Shown here: piece by piece, positions 51,501 through 64,000 of the stretch
Layout of the letters: each line of letters begins with the position of its first letter
Numbering within the stretch: the first letter of the stretch is position 1
Origin: an uncultured Gemmataceae bacterium
GTDB taxonomy: Bacteria > Planctomycetota > Planctomycetia > Gemmatales > Gemmataceae
Assembly: GCA_963750165.1 (NCBI GenBank)
Contig: CAVVPN010000011.1
Span: forward strand, 2,016,001 to 2,080,000
Reading direction: 5' to 3'
DNA: 64,000 nucleotides
The notes under the pieces: model-generated
Seen by the model: the letters and a program-made list of their open reading frames with translations, nothing else
Told to the model about the DNA's origin: nothing
Database searches by the model: none
Translations under genes and position numbers: made by a program

Positions 51501-54500
51501 GACTCGGTCCCCGACGAGGTGGTGGTGACGGTGTTGGTGTCGGTCAGGTTCTCGCCGGTGTTCGTCTCCTGCCACGACGAGCTGAGGGTGTCGGTGCCGG
51601 ACGATGTGGTCGAGAACGCGCCCGTGACGCTGTTGCCCGACTCAGACGACTGGGAGTGCGACGTTTCCGTGTGATTGTCGCTGGAGGTTTGCGTCTGGTT
51701 CGTGGTCGTGCCGCTGACGGTCGCCGTCGTGTCCGATGTGGTCGTATCCGTGAGGGCGCCGCTGACAGAGTTGCCGCTCTGCTGGTCCGTCGAGGTCGTC
51801 GTCGCCGTCTGCGAATCGGTCTCCGTGGAGGTCTGGTTCGTGGTGGTCTGGTCCGTCGTCATCGACCCCGTCGTGGTCTGCGTCGTGCTGAAGTCGCGCG
51901 TGCGGTCGCTGCCACTTCCCTGGCTGGTTGTGGTCGCCGTCTGGGTCTGCGTCGTCACTACCGTCAGCGGACCGTTGGTCATGGTCTCGTTCAGAGACTC
52001 ATTGATCGTCGAGGTGTCGGTCGTCTGGTAGGCGCCTGTCTGGCTGTTGCCCGAAAGGGTGTCGCTCGACGTCGTGGTCGTTGTCCCCGTCAGCGTGCGC
52101 GACATCGTCTGGTTCGTCTCGTCCTCGGTGAACGAGGAGGTCGAGGTGCCCGTGTCCGACGAGCTGTGGACGCCGGTGATCGAATTTGCCGTCCCCATGG
52201 AGGTGCTGCTGCTCGTGTCGGTCCCGTCCGACGTCACCGTGTCCGTTTGGTTGGTGTCGGTCTGGTGACGGTGGGTCGTCCCGGTGTTGGAGTCCTGGGT
52301 CGTCGAATCGCCGGTGACGGAGTTGCCCGTGACGGTGCTGCTGTCGTGGGTGCTGTCGGTCGTCGTGATGACCGAGGTCAGGGGATTGTTGGTGTCCGTC
52401 TCGGAGTTGGTGTCCGTGCTGTCGGTCGCGCTGGTCGTGGTGTACGCGCCGGTGATCGAGTTGCCCGACGACGAGGTGGTGCCGCCGTCGCTCGACGAGG
52501 TGGTGATGGCCACGCTCAGCGTTTGGTCGCTGTCGGACTCGGTCCCGCTGGAGGAGTCCGCGAAGGTGTCCGATGACGAGAACGCGCCGGTGATGGCGTT
52601 GTCGGTGCTCTGGGTCATGTCGGTTTGAGTCCCGGACGAGCTGGCCGTCACAGTTATCGTCAGGTTCGTCTCGGTGCGCTGCGAGGTCGTGGCGGTCGTC
52701 GAGGTGGCGGCCGTCGTCGTCGTGCCGAGCAGATCGTTGCCCGAGCCGGACGACGAACCCGTGGTCGAGGAGGTGTCGTGCAGCGTCGCCGTCTGCGTCA
52801 GGTAGGTGAAGGTCTGGTCCTGCGTGGAGTTGGCATTGTTCGTCCCGCTGATGGTGAAACTGCCGGCGATGCGGTTGCCGGAACGGTTCGACGTGTCGCC
52901 AGTGGTCGAGGTGAGCGTGATCGTGCTGACCGGGCCGATCGCGTTGACCTCAGTGGTCGCCTGCGAAGTCGAGTCGGTCGCCGTGACCTGGTAGTCGCCG
53001 GTGACGCTGTTGCCCGTCTCGGTCGAGGACGTGTTCGACGACTCGGTGCCGGTGGTGGTGATGATGTTGACCTGGTTGGTGTCGGTCTGCGACAGGTTGT
53101 CGGAGCTGCTGCTCGTCACCGTGGTCGAGTAGGCGCCGCTGTTGGTGTTGCCCGACGAGTCGGTTTGCGACGTGCTCTGGCCGCCGGTGCGGTGCGCCGT
53201 GCTGGTCAGCGTCTGGTTGGTGAGCGTATCGTCGGTGCTGAAGGTGGACGTGGTCGTGGACGACGAGGTGAAGTCGCCGGTGACGTTGTTGCTGGTGCCG
53301 GTGGTCGTGGTCGTGCTGCTGGTGGTGCCGGCGTCCGTCCTGGTCTCCGTCTGGTTGGTTTGCGTGGCGGACGAGGTCGTGGTAGCGGTCTCGGTGCTCG
53401 CGGTGGTGCTGGCGCCGGTGACGCTGTCGCCCGAGTCGGTGGACCCGGCCGTGTAGTCGGTCGTGGCCTGTGATGTCAGGCTGCGGGTCTGGTCGGTGTC
53501 GGTCTCGTTGGTCTGGGAGTGCCCGCCGGTGGTGGTCGCGGTGGACGTCCAGGCGCCGGTGAGCGAATTCGAGGTGGCCTGGGTCGTGGTGCTGCCGGAG
53601 TCGGTCTGCGTGACGAGCGTGTCGAGCCCCTGGTTGGTCGAGTGGTCGGTGCTGGTCGAGGATGTCGCGGCAGTGACCGTGCGGTCGTCGTCGCCGGTAA
53701 CCGAGTTGCCGGTGGCGGTGCCGCTCGAAGTGGACCCGGACGAGGAGGTGATCGTGTCCGTCAGGGGGCCGTCGGTGGTCGTCCGCGTCAGGCTCTCGGC
53801 GGTCGTGCCCCCCAGCGTGTTGTTGTAGTCGCCGGTGACATCGTTGCCGGTGCTCGTCGTGTTGCTGGTCGTGGTGGTGGTGTCGGCGTAGACGGCGGTG
53901 AGCGCACCGTTGGTGTCGGTGCCGCTGACGGTCGTGGTCTGCGTCGTCGCGCTGGTGGTCGTGAAGTCGCCAGTCACCGAGTTGCCCTGCCGGCTGCCGC
54001 TGGTGCCCGTGGTCACCGTCTTTGCATCCTGAGTCTGGAGCGTCTGATCGGCAACCGTTTCCGCGCGCACGTCGGTCGAACTGCCCTGCGTCTGCTCGTT
54101 CGTGTCGCCGGTAATCGTGTTGTCGTTGAACGTGGTCGTCGTGGACGACGTGAGCTGGCTGATGGTCGCCGAGACATGCAGGTCGCTGATGTCGTGCGTC
54201 TGTGTGCCGCTGCCCGTCGTGGCCGTTGAGGAAGTGCCGGACGAGTCGCCCGTCAACGAGTTCCCGGCGGCATGGTTGTGAGTAGTCGTCGTCGAGTGCT
54301 CGGTGAGCACGCCGGTCGCGCCGGAGTTGGTCGTGGTGTCGGTGCTTGCGACGGTCGTCGTGGCGGAATCGTCATTGACAAAGTCGCCGGTGACCTGGTT
54401 GCCGCTGCCGCTGCTGGTGTCGGTGGTCGTCGCCGTTGTCGTCTGCGTGTCGGTGAGCGTCTGGTTGGTCGTGGTCACCGTGCTGCTGGTCTGGGTGTTC

Positions 54501-57500
54501 GACGTGCCGTCGCTGGTGAAGTTGCCCGCGATCTGGTTGCCCGAACTGCTGCTGTTGGAGTTGCTGGTGCTCGTGCCGGTCGTGGTGACCGTCTGCCCCT
54601 GGTTGTGCTGGGTATCGGTGCTCGTGGTGGTGCCGTTGGTCTGGTCGGTGTTGCTGAAGTCGCCGGTGACGCTGTTGCCCGACGCGGTGGTTGTGTCGGT
54701 GCTGGTCGTGCTGGCGGTCGAGGTGTCGGTGAGTGTCTGATTCACCGTCGTCTGGTTGCGGCTGACGGTGCTCGTCACCGTCCCGCCATTCTGGTAGTCG
54801 CCGGTGACGGAGTTGGACGTGCCGCTGCTGTTGCCGTCGGTGTGGCTGGTGATGGTGACCGTCTCGGTCAGGCCGTGGTTGGTGTCGGTCTCGTCGCGCG
54901 TCGAGTCCGACGTGGACTGGCTCTGCTGCTGCGTGTCGCCCGTGATCGAGTCGCCCTGGCTGGTCGTCGTGGACGTGCCACTATCGGTGACAGTGGCTGT
55001 GCTGGTCTGTGTCTGGTTGGTCGTGTCCACGGTCTTGGTGTCGCTGCTGGTGGTGTTCTGGGTCGCGTTGAACGAGCCGTCGATGGAGTTCCCGGTATTC
55101 GTGGCCGTGGTGGTGACGGTCGCGTCGGTCGTCGTCGTGGAGGTCAGCGTCTGGTCGGCGACTCCCTCCACGTCGTCGGTCGTCGTCGTGGATGTCTGCG
55201 TGGTGTCGAAAGCGCCGCTGTAGGTGTTGGAAGTGCTGTCCGTGTGACTGACGATATGGGACGTGACGTTGCTGTCGGTCGTCTGGGGGTCGTTGGAGCC
55301 GGAGCCTGTCTGCGTCGCGTCGCTCGTCGAGTCTTCCGTGCTGGTGAAGTCGCCGGTGACCGAGTTGCCGTTAGACTGGTCCTGCTTGGTGCCGGTCACG
55401 TCGAGGTGGCTGGTGAACGTCGAAGTCTGGTTGGTGTCGGTCTCGTCCTGCGTCGTCGTCGAATCGACCTGCGACGAGGTGGCGCTGGCGCCGCTGAACT
55501 GATTGCCGGACTGCATCCCGTCGGAGGTCGTCGCCGTGGCCTGGGTGTTCACCACGGTCGTCAGGGTGTTGTTCGTGGTGGTGTCGTCGCGCGTCGTCGT
55601 CGTCTGAGAGTTGAAGGTGCCGCTGAAATCACCGGTGACCGAGCTGCCGTCGTTCTCCGCGTGACGTGTGTTGTCCATCGTGACATCGACGTTCTCGGTA
55701 ACAGACTGGTTGGTGGTCGTCGCGGTCTGGTCGGAGTCCTGGGTGCTGTCGTCCGTGGTCGAGAACTCCCCGGTGACACTGTTGCCGGAGTCGGTCAAGG
55801 TGTCGTCGGTCGTCGTGGACACGTGGTTCTGGGTGCTCACGGTCAGGTTGGTGGTCGAGTCGTCCCGCGTCGTCTCGGTGTCGCTCGTCTGCGTGGCCGT
55901 GAAGTCCCCGGTGATCGAGTTGCCGCTGTTGGTCACGTCCTGGCTGGTCGTGGTGGTGATGGTGGCGGTCCCGGACTGGGTCTGGTTGCTCGATGTCTCG
56001 TCGCGCGTCGAGCCGGCGTCGGCGTGCTGGGTGGTGGTGAAAGCGCCCGTGATGGCGTTGCCCGTGGTGGTGGTCGTCGTGACGTTGTCGCCGGTGCTCT
56101 GCGTGGTCCCCGTCACGGTGAGCGGGCCGTTGGTGGTGGTGTCGGTGCCGTCGGACTGTGAGGTGTCTGTCGCGTCGGTGCTGAAGTCCCCGCTGATCGA
56201 GTTGCCGGTGGTGGTCGTATCGGTGTGGCCGGTGGTCGTCATCGAGCTGACGACTTCCTGAGTCTGGTTGGTCGCGTCTTGGTCGGTGGTGGTGGTGTAG
56301 TCGTTGGTCTCCGTGCGGGAGTAGCTGCCGTCGATGGTGTTGCCGTCGGCGTCAGCGGTCTTGTCGGCGGTGGTCTCGACAGTCGTGTCGGCCGAGGTTC
56401 CCTGGTTGGTGATGTCGTGCTCGGTGGTGGTGTCGTCGGACTCCGTTTGCGACTGGGAGAACTGGCCGCTCAGCGTGCTGCCGCCGCCGGTCCACTGGAT
56501 CTGGGTGGTGCCGCTGCCGGTCATGGTGTCGGTCTGCTGGCCGTTGGTCGTCGTGCCCTGCGACGACGAGGTGTTGGTGGTGATGCCGTCGTAACTGTAG
56601 TTGCCTCCGAGGGTGTTGCCGCTCTTCTCCCAGTCATCAACCTCGGTCGCGTCGGTGGTCGAGTTGGAGGTCTGCGTCTGGTTGGTGCCCGTCACCACGG
56701 TGTGCGTGGTGGTGGTCGTCAGCTGGATGATGTCGAACGTACCGTCCTTCTTGTTGCCGGTGTTTTGCACGTTGCCGGTCGTGCTGGCGTCGCCGACCTG
56801 CTCGGTGTGGCTGCCCTGGTTGTCCTGGGTCGCGTCGTCGTGGGAGGTCGAGTTGAGGCTCTCCTGGTAGTCGTAATTGCCGGCGTAGAGGTCGCCGCTC
56901 TGGGTGAGATCCTTGTCCGCGGACGATGTCACGGTGTCGGAGGTCGTCACCGTCTTGTTGGTCCCGTCGGTCTCGGTCGTTGCGTCGGTGTGCGAGGTGC
57001 CGTTCAGGGAGTAGCTGCCGCCCTGGGCGTTGCCGGTGTTGGTCTGGTCGTAGGTGGTGTGGATGGAGCTGGTCTGGGTGACATCGGACGACTGGTCGGT
57101 CTCGTGCCGCGTCTGTTCCACGTCGGTCGTCGCGTCGGTCATCAGGGTGAACTGACCGGTGAGGTCATTGCCCGTCTTGTCGGCATCGGTGGTGACGGTG
57201 GTGCTGCCCGTGACGTTCGCCGACATCGGCTGGTTGACCTCGTCCCGGTTCACGATGTCCGAGGTCGTCGTCGTGGTCATGCTCAGGGTGTAGGCGCCGG
57301 TGATGAGGTTGATGGTCGCCGCCGTGGTCTCCTGGTCGAGCGTCGTGTTCAGCTCCTGATCGTAGCTGAAGGTGCCGTTGGAGCCGGACTCGCTGACATC
57401 GGTCTGCTGGTTCAGCTGGCGGGTGCGCTGCACGATGCCGGTGGTGTAGTCGCCCGTCTCCTCGATGTTGTCGGTGCTGTCGCTCGTGCCACTGGACGTG

Positions 57501-60500
57501 TAGTCGCCGATCAGCGCCTGGTTGGTCAGCTGGGCGGCCAGCTGGCCGGAGTCGGCGCGGATGAGGCCGTCGATTTCCCCCTCCAGGCTGGCATCGACGG
57601 TGCGGTAGCCCGTGCGCGTGTATTCGGCGTCCTCCGTGGTCATGGAGTTCCAGGTGAACTGGCCGTCGGTGTAACTCTTGGTCTCCTGGAAGGTGGACAG
57701 GCCGGTGGTGTCGCCCGTGTAGGTGTCGGCGATGTCATCGGACTTGATCGGGCCGTCGTTCAGCTGCTGGCCATCGAGGTTGGCGGCGTACTGATGCACG
57801 ACGAAGCCGCTCGCCGAGTAGCCGGTCGCGTCGAACTGGCCGGTGGCGTAAACGTTGTCGAAGTTCAGGATGCCTTTCTGCGCCTTCACCATCTGGGACG
57901 GGGCGCCCTGAACGTCGCCGTTGACCGTGTCGAGGCCGAACCCGTATTCGTACTGGACCTGGCCGTCAACGGTAGCCGTGGCCGTAAAGTTGCCGGTCGT
58001 GCGGTCCATCGACACGAATTCCTTCAGCCCGACCGAGCCCTGAACATAGCTGTTCACGTAGACCATGCTAGGGTCGTCCAGGCGGTTGATGTCCTCTTCG
58101 CTGCTGACGTTGATGACATCGGCAACCGAGACGACGACGGTGGCCACGTTGTTCCTGGTGTCCTGGATCTGGATGGTGATGTCGTACGGACCTTCGTGCG
58201 CGTAGGTGTGGTCGCCAACGACCTCGTAGAAGCCCGCCGCGAGCTGCGACGCCTGCACCATGCCGGTGCTGGTGTTGCCGTCACCCCAGTTGATGGTGGC
58301 GACGAAGTCGCTGGGGCTCGTGATCGCGCCGGTGGGGATGAACTCGGCCAGGGCGGCCCCGTTGGCGCGCCCCAGGCTCTTGTTGTCACTGACGGAGCGG
58401 CCTTCGAGCGTCACCACCACCTCGCCCCACGCGGGCGGCGGCGGCGTCGCCCGGATGATGGCCTGGCCGGAATCGGTCTGGGCCCAGAACGCCACCTGGC
58501 CGGCGGTGTTGACGGGGTCGTAGGTGCTGATGGCCTGCACCGTCCCCAGCCCGGGCAGCATCTCGCCAATGTTCGCCACGCGGTAGTCGCCGTAGAAGTC
58601 GCTCGACGGTAGGATGCCCGGGGCAGACGAGTCGAAGACGAAACTGGCCTCGTGCAGGCCGTCGCGCACGTTGCCGGCGGAGTCCTGCGCCTGGGCCATG
58701 TACACCACGTTGTAATACTTGTGCCCCGCCAGATCGGCCGCGTAGTTGATCCCCAGGCTGGCGTTGTCATCGATGTGGTCGATGGTGCCGACGCCCACGC
58801 CGTTGACGAGAACCTCGTTGGGGTCGAGGTAGCCGTCGCCCGTTTCGCCGACGACCTTTTCGACCGTGCCCGTCATCGGGTCCATCACGTAGATGCCGTG
58901 GCCCTGCAAGTTGCCGACGAAGGCAATCAGGCTGCCGTCGTCACTGATGGCGGCGTTGGGGCCGACGGCGCCGGGGATGGGCTGGGGGGCGCCGCCGGGG
59001 GTGAAGTATTCGGCGACGCCGTTGACGTTCGCCACGCCATAGCCGTTGTCGGCGAGATGGATCGCCTGGATGTTGCTCACCTGGTTGAGCACCGGCGCGC
59101 CCGGATTGCTAATCGGGTTGGGCGGCAGAATGCCGAGGGTGTTCGACAGGGTGAGCGAGGTCAGAGCGACGTTGCCGAGCTTGCCGTTGACGAGATACTG
59201 GTTGCCGTCGTGCAGGCTGCTGCCCCAGCCCGAGATGGCGAACTGGTCTTTGTTGTTGAGCGAGACCGGCGGCATGATGACCGAGAAGTCGTTCTTGAAC
59301 GAGAAGAGGGCGGTCCCGGCAACCACGCTGAGGTACGCGGCCGGGTTGTTGCGGTAGGGCTGGGCGACCAGCGCCCAGGTCGGATCGACCGGCGAGAAGT
59401 AGACGCTGGCCCACACCGGGTTGAGGATCCAGGCGCGCGGCGGCAGTGTGTACGACGCCGTGATGGCGAAGCCGATGGCACCCGGTCCGATGGCCCCGAG
59501 GACGGCCGAGATGTACATGTCAATGAACAGCGGGTTGCCCCAGGTGATGCCCGCCGCCGACAGCCCCATGTCGCCGACCGCCGCCTGCAGGGGGAGGATG
59601 TACTGGCCCTTGAGCGCGTCGGCTCCGTCCCAGGCCTCCGCGTAGGTGAGTATGGCCGGGGCGTAGGTGAGCAGCGGCAGGCCCAACGGCAGCGAACCGA
59701 TGGCCGTCTGCACGCTCATCTGCCGCTCGGCGAACAACAGGTCGTCATCGTTCAGCGACACGTTCTGGGAGAAGGCCGCCGACGGCACGCCGCCCGTGTC
59801 CGGCGGCAACAGGCCGCCGTTAAGCATTCCCGGGGCGACGAGCGATACGGCGCCGGTGGCCTTGGACCAGACATAGATGCTGTCCACATTGTTGGTCTGC
59901 GTCCCCTGGAAGCCGACGTGCCCGTTGTTGTTGATCGACGGCCCCATGCCGAGACTGTTGAAGCCGTTGCTCTGTTTGGCCACGATGTCATAGTTGAAGG
60001 CCGACGCGCCGGAGCGCACGATCAGCGAGACGACGGGGTCGCCGCCGGTGTCGTTCGGGCCGTGGATTTCGTAGTCGAAGGTATCGACGACATCGATGCC
60101 CTCCCGGGCGAACGTCTGCAGGGCCACCGAGTTGGTGGGGTCGTAGGTCCAGCTGCCGTCCCGGTTGACGTGGTAGACGGCGCCATAGTGGGAGAGGCCG
60201 TCGCCAGAGGTCCACAGCCCCGCCGTCTCGCCGAGGTCGGGCGAGGTGGCGCCGACCAGGAGGCCGTTGGCGGCCGGGACCGACAGCACCTGCGCCGCCG
60301 TCGCCCAGTAACCGCGATCAATGCTGGTGTCGCCGGGCACGGGCGGGTCGTCGGCGCCGATCACGGTGATGTGGACCGTGGCCGTCGCCCGCTCGCCGTA
60401 GGCGTCCACCACCGTGTAAGTGAACGTGTCGGTGTAGGTCTGCCCGAGCGGCAGCCAGGACAGGACGGTGCGCGGGTCATACGTGAAGCTGCCGTCGGGC

Positions 60501-63500
60501 GCGAAGGTGACGGCGGCGCCGGCGGCGCTGGTAGCCGCGGACACGGACGTGTCCACGACCAGGTTGGCGCCGTTGGTCACGTCCACGTCGTTGCTGAGCA
60601 CGCCGGTGGCGGCATTGACGACGAGCAGCACTTCCTTGCTGACGGTGTAGTTGTCGTCGTTGGCGGTGGGCGGGTCGGCCACGCCCGTCACTGTCAGCTG
60701 GGCCGTGCCCGATGTCCGGATGCCCTGCGAATCAACGATCTGGTAAGTGAAGGAATCGGCCAACGACTGGCCCGGCGCCAGAGCGCGGACCTGCGGCACG
60801 GCCGAGTCGTTGTACTGGAAGGTGCCGTCGGCATTGAGCGTCACCGTGGCGCCGAGGCTGCTGGTTACGCTGGCGGCCACTGCCTGGAGCGGCGCGTCGC
60901 CGGGCAGGGCGTCGGGGTCGGTGGCGCCAACCAGCACACTCTGACCGCCGGTGCCGTCCTTGGTGATGCTGATGGTGGCGGTTGTCGGCACGGGCGGCCG
61001 GTTGACCGGGCTCTGCACCACGACCTCGACGAAGCCGGTCGCTGTGGCCCCGTAGGGGTCGGTCACCGTGTAGGCGAACTGGTCGGTCACGCGCTGGCCG
61101 GCGGCCAATGCGTTGAGCGCGGCAACCTGCGTCGGGTCGTACAGGATGTGCCCGTTGACCAGGCTCACTGCCGCCCCGTCGGCACTGGTCGCCGCCACCG
61201 AGGTCAGGGTCAGGATGTCGTTCACGTTCGGGTCGTGAGCAGCGGAGAGCGGCACCGACTGGTCAATCGTGGTCGTTGCGCTGGCCCGCAGGTAGAGTTC
61301 GGGCGTGGACGAACTGGGCACGACGGTGCCGGCCGTCGGCGGCAAGTTGGCGCCCTGGACGACGATGTCGGCGGTCGCGGCGCCCTGGTGGCCCTGAGCG
61401 TCGGCGACCGTGTAGCTGAAGTGATCGACGACCTGTTCGCCCTGGCCGACCCCCTGGAAGCGGTTGCCTGCCGTGTAGGTGTAGCTGCCGTCGGTGTTGA
61501 CCTGGACCGTGGCGCCCCAGGCGCTCAGCGTGTCGGCAGCGACGATGTGTAGACCGCTGCCCACGCCGGCAGCCAGCAAGCCCGCGGCAGCGCTGACGGA
61601 CAGCGAGCCGCTCTGGCTGACGGTGAAGTAACTGTCTGCCGCCGGCCCGTGCAGCGCCGCCGGCCCCTGGACCACCAGACTTTGTGTTGCCGTTTCGCTG
61701 GTGCTGGAGTTGGCCGCCTGGACCGACGCGACAGCGGCGCCGGGCGCCGCCGCCGTGCTGAAGCCGAAGGTGAGTTGCTGCCCGGTGGTCAGCGCCGCGG
61801 CCGGGTCAGCCGCCTGCCAGGTCACACCGCCCGACGAGATCGAGACCGACCAACCCGTGGGGGTGACGAGGGAGTCGAAGGCCGTGCCGGCCGGGGCAGG
61901 CACGGTCAGGCTGTTAATGTCCCAGGCGGCGCCGGACGGGCCGCTGACGGTGAAGGTGTAAGCGTATTCGCCTGCCGTCGCCGGGCCGACCGAAGACGTG
62001 ACGGCCCCTTGCGCCTCAGGTCGAGCGTGAAGACGATATCGGTGACGGCGGAAGTCAGGCCGTGGCTGTCCCGGGCGACAAGGTGCAGGTGGTGCGTCCC
62101 TGCCGACAGCGGCGCGCCGTTGATCTCCGCCAATTGCTCGGCACTGAACGTGAAGCTGCCGCCTTGCAAGTCGGGCAGGACGTTGACCGCCGGCGCCGCG
62201 GCGTCGAAGCCGGCGAGGAAGGATGTCAGCGCGCCCTCGCTGGCCACGGTGCCGCTGACCGCGGGCACGCGCACGGTGGCGCCGCCGACCGACTGGCCGG
62301 TGATGACGGGGGCCATCAACGGCCCGCTGGTGATGGTCAGGCTGTACTGGCTGGTGTTGCCGGCGCTGTCGGTCGCCTGCACCACGAGCGTGTTGGGGCC
62401 GGCGGCCAGCGGCACCTGACTGAAGGTGAAGTTGCCGTTGGCGTTGGCGGTGGTCGTCAGCGACGTGCCCACAATCTGGAGCGTCATCCCGGGGTCGGTC
62501 TGGCCGTCAAGGATGGCCTGCGTGGCCGTGGTGTAGTCGGCGCCCTGGACGGGGTCTTGCAGCGACGCATCGAGGTGGAACACCGGCGTCGCCGGCAGCG
62601 TCGTCTTGACGGTCAGCGTCAGCGCCGGCGTCGGGCTGCTGAAGTTGCTGGCCGCGTCTTCGATGATCGCCGTGATCTGATGAACGCCGTCGGACAGCGG
62701 CGTCGAGACGATCTGGGCAACGCCGGTGGAGATGGCCTGCCCGATCATGGTGCTGCCGTCATAGAAGGTCGCCAGGTCGCCGCGTGCCGCGAAGACGCGC
62801 AGGCTCGGGCTGCTGTAGCGCGTGATGTGCGCGAGCGGGTTGACGCCCGTATTGCTGACGGTGAGCAGGTCGGGGGCCGCGGTGGCGGCCGGCGGCGTTT
62901 CGATCAGGGTGAAGCTCAGTTGCACCGGCGCGGCGACGTTGCCGTCCACGTCGGTCGCTTGCAGCGACAGCTGGTAGGAGCCATCGCTGAGCGGGCCGCC
63001 GAACACCTGGGCCAGCAGGGTCGGCGTCAGGATCAGCTGGTCGCCGTTCATGTCCGACGACACATCCACAAAGGACATGCTGTTGATCGATAGCTGCACC
63101 GAGGCCAGCGGGCTGATGTCGTCGATGACGGCGCGCACCGTCGGGTCGGAGGTCGTCGGCGTGCTGCCCGGGACGCGGCTGGTGTCGTTGACCAACCCCA
63201 GGGTGATGGTGGGCGGCGTGACGTTGTGCATCGTCACGTTGATGGTCGAGGTCGCGGTGTTGCCGGCCGCGTCGGTGTCACGCACGACCAGGGTGTTGGC
63301 GCCGCGGTTGACCGGGACGTTGGTGAGCGTGAAGGCGCCGCTGTTGGCGTTCGCGGTCGTCTGGGCCAGGGTGCCGTCCACGGTCACGGTCGATCCCGGC
63401 TTGGCGGTGCCGTTCAGCGTGATCGCCGGGACGGTGACGTTGTTGCCCGAGCCGTACTCGGCGTGCTGGAGCGTCTGGTCGAGCGAGACGCGCGGGGCGG

Positions 63501-64000
63501 TGATGCTGCGAACAACCGTGACATCCACTGGCGCCGTGAAGAAGCCGACGTTGCCCGCTGCGTCCAGCGCCACGGCGGTGTAGACGTAGGTGCCCTCGGC
63601 GGGCGTCAGGGTGAAGGTGATATTGCCACCGCCCGCGGCGCTGGCGACGGGGAGGCCGTTGGCATAAAGGACAACGGTGGTGCCGGCCTCCGCCTCGGAT
63701 GTCTGGAAGACCAGCGTGCTCGCACGGGTGACGAAGCCGCTGCCGCCATTCGGTACGAGGATGCCGGCGGGCGTTGTCAGTGGCGCGGGGGCGGCAGGCG
63801 GTGTGGTGTCGAGCGTGAACGAGACCGTGCTCACCGGCGAGACGTTGCCGAACTCGTCGGTCGCCACCACGCGCACCGAGACGGGGCCGTCGGGGATAGG
63901 GCCGCCCAGGATCGACACGAGGACCGAGGGGGTCAGCGTGAACGCTCCTTCGACGAGCGACGACAGGCTGCCGACGAACGGCGCGCCGTTGACGCTCACC
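48168..64000 (-). CDS. Giant polymorphic toxin (partial, >5,200 aa): Ig-like, cadherin/VCBS-like, PKD-like, 46-aa Thr/Ser repeats, Hint, deaminase-like tip; frameshifts near 62018 and 48725
   Basis: ORFs 61906-63999, 48515-61903 and 48168-48473 join into one stop-free frame if one base is restored at each of two sites; 5' end lies outside the window. Confidence 0.85.
48655..48945 (-). repeat. 45-bp (15-aa) tandem repeat linker, about 6-7 degenerate units
   Basis: AVERAVAQEGTQVVG / AGERAVAQEGAQVVG / AVERAAAQEGAQVPA etc. Confidence 0.92.
49469..49888 (-). other. Pretoxin Hint (intein-like) domain, 140 aa
   Basis: CFAAGTLVLMADG, IEEVQAGDLV, ATYRHPFYV, VYNLHVEAHHTYFV...VLVHN. Confidence 0.95.
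50230..57480 (-). repeat. About 50 degenerate 138-bp (46-aa) Thr/Ser-rich repeats
   Basis: Consensus GNSxTG(D/A)(F/Y)...TNQT...; anchors at 54387, 54525, 54663 and 54801 are 138 bp apart. Confidence 0.92.

Noticed and set aside
50230..57480. RHS/YD, haemagglutinin or InaZ ice-nucleation repeats
   Set aside because: No YD dipeptides or PxxxxDPxG core, no AGYGSTxT octamer, and the period is 46 aa.
48593..61552. Long plus-strand ORFs (1327, 629, 795, 966 aa)
   Set aside because: Arg/Gly/Val-rich antisense shadows of the giant gene in high-GC DNA.

Overview
High-GC planctomycete-type DNA (DUF1501, DUF1559, DUF4058, DUF1080 and WD40 genes suggest Gemmataceae-like; taxonomy is inferred). The left 46 kb holds housekeeping genes (accD, pgk, zwf-opcA, two gnd paralogs, kdgK, queD, moxR-DUF58, a serine hydrolase-NamZ fusion, a sigma-54 activator, a short kdpD) mixed with gene remnants and many small palindromic or mobile elements. 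The right 16 kb is the 3' part of one giant (>5,200 aa) minus-strand gene that two single-base frameshifts split into three ORFs. Rejoined, it reads: Ig-like/cadherin-like repeats, about 50 copies of an unfamiliar 46-aa Thr/Ser repeat, a Hint autoprotease, hydrophobic helices, and a compact HAE...CxxC Zn-deaminase-like tip. A likely immunity gene starts 3 nt after the stop. This candidate polymorphic deaminase toxin system is the main finding, and the ORF track hides it. Secondary findings: a family of long inverted-repeat elements (one carries a GxxExxY gene, two have been hit by an IS or MITE), a dispersed ~250-280 bp repeat, two MITEs, an in-frame palindrome inside gndA, and frameshifts that cluster at GCGC and are probably sequencing artefacts. 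All family assignments come from motif recognition by eye; no searches were run. No rRNA, tRNA or CRISPR array was seen.
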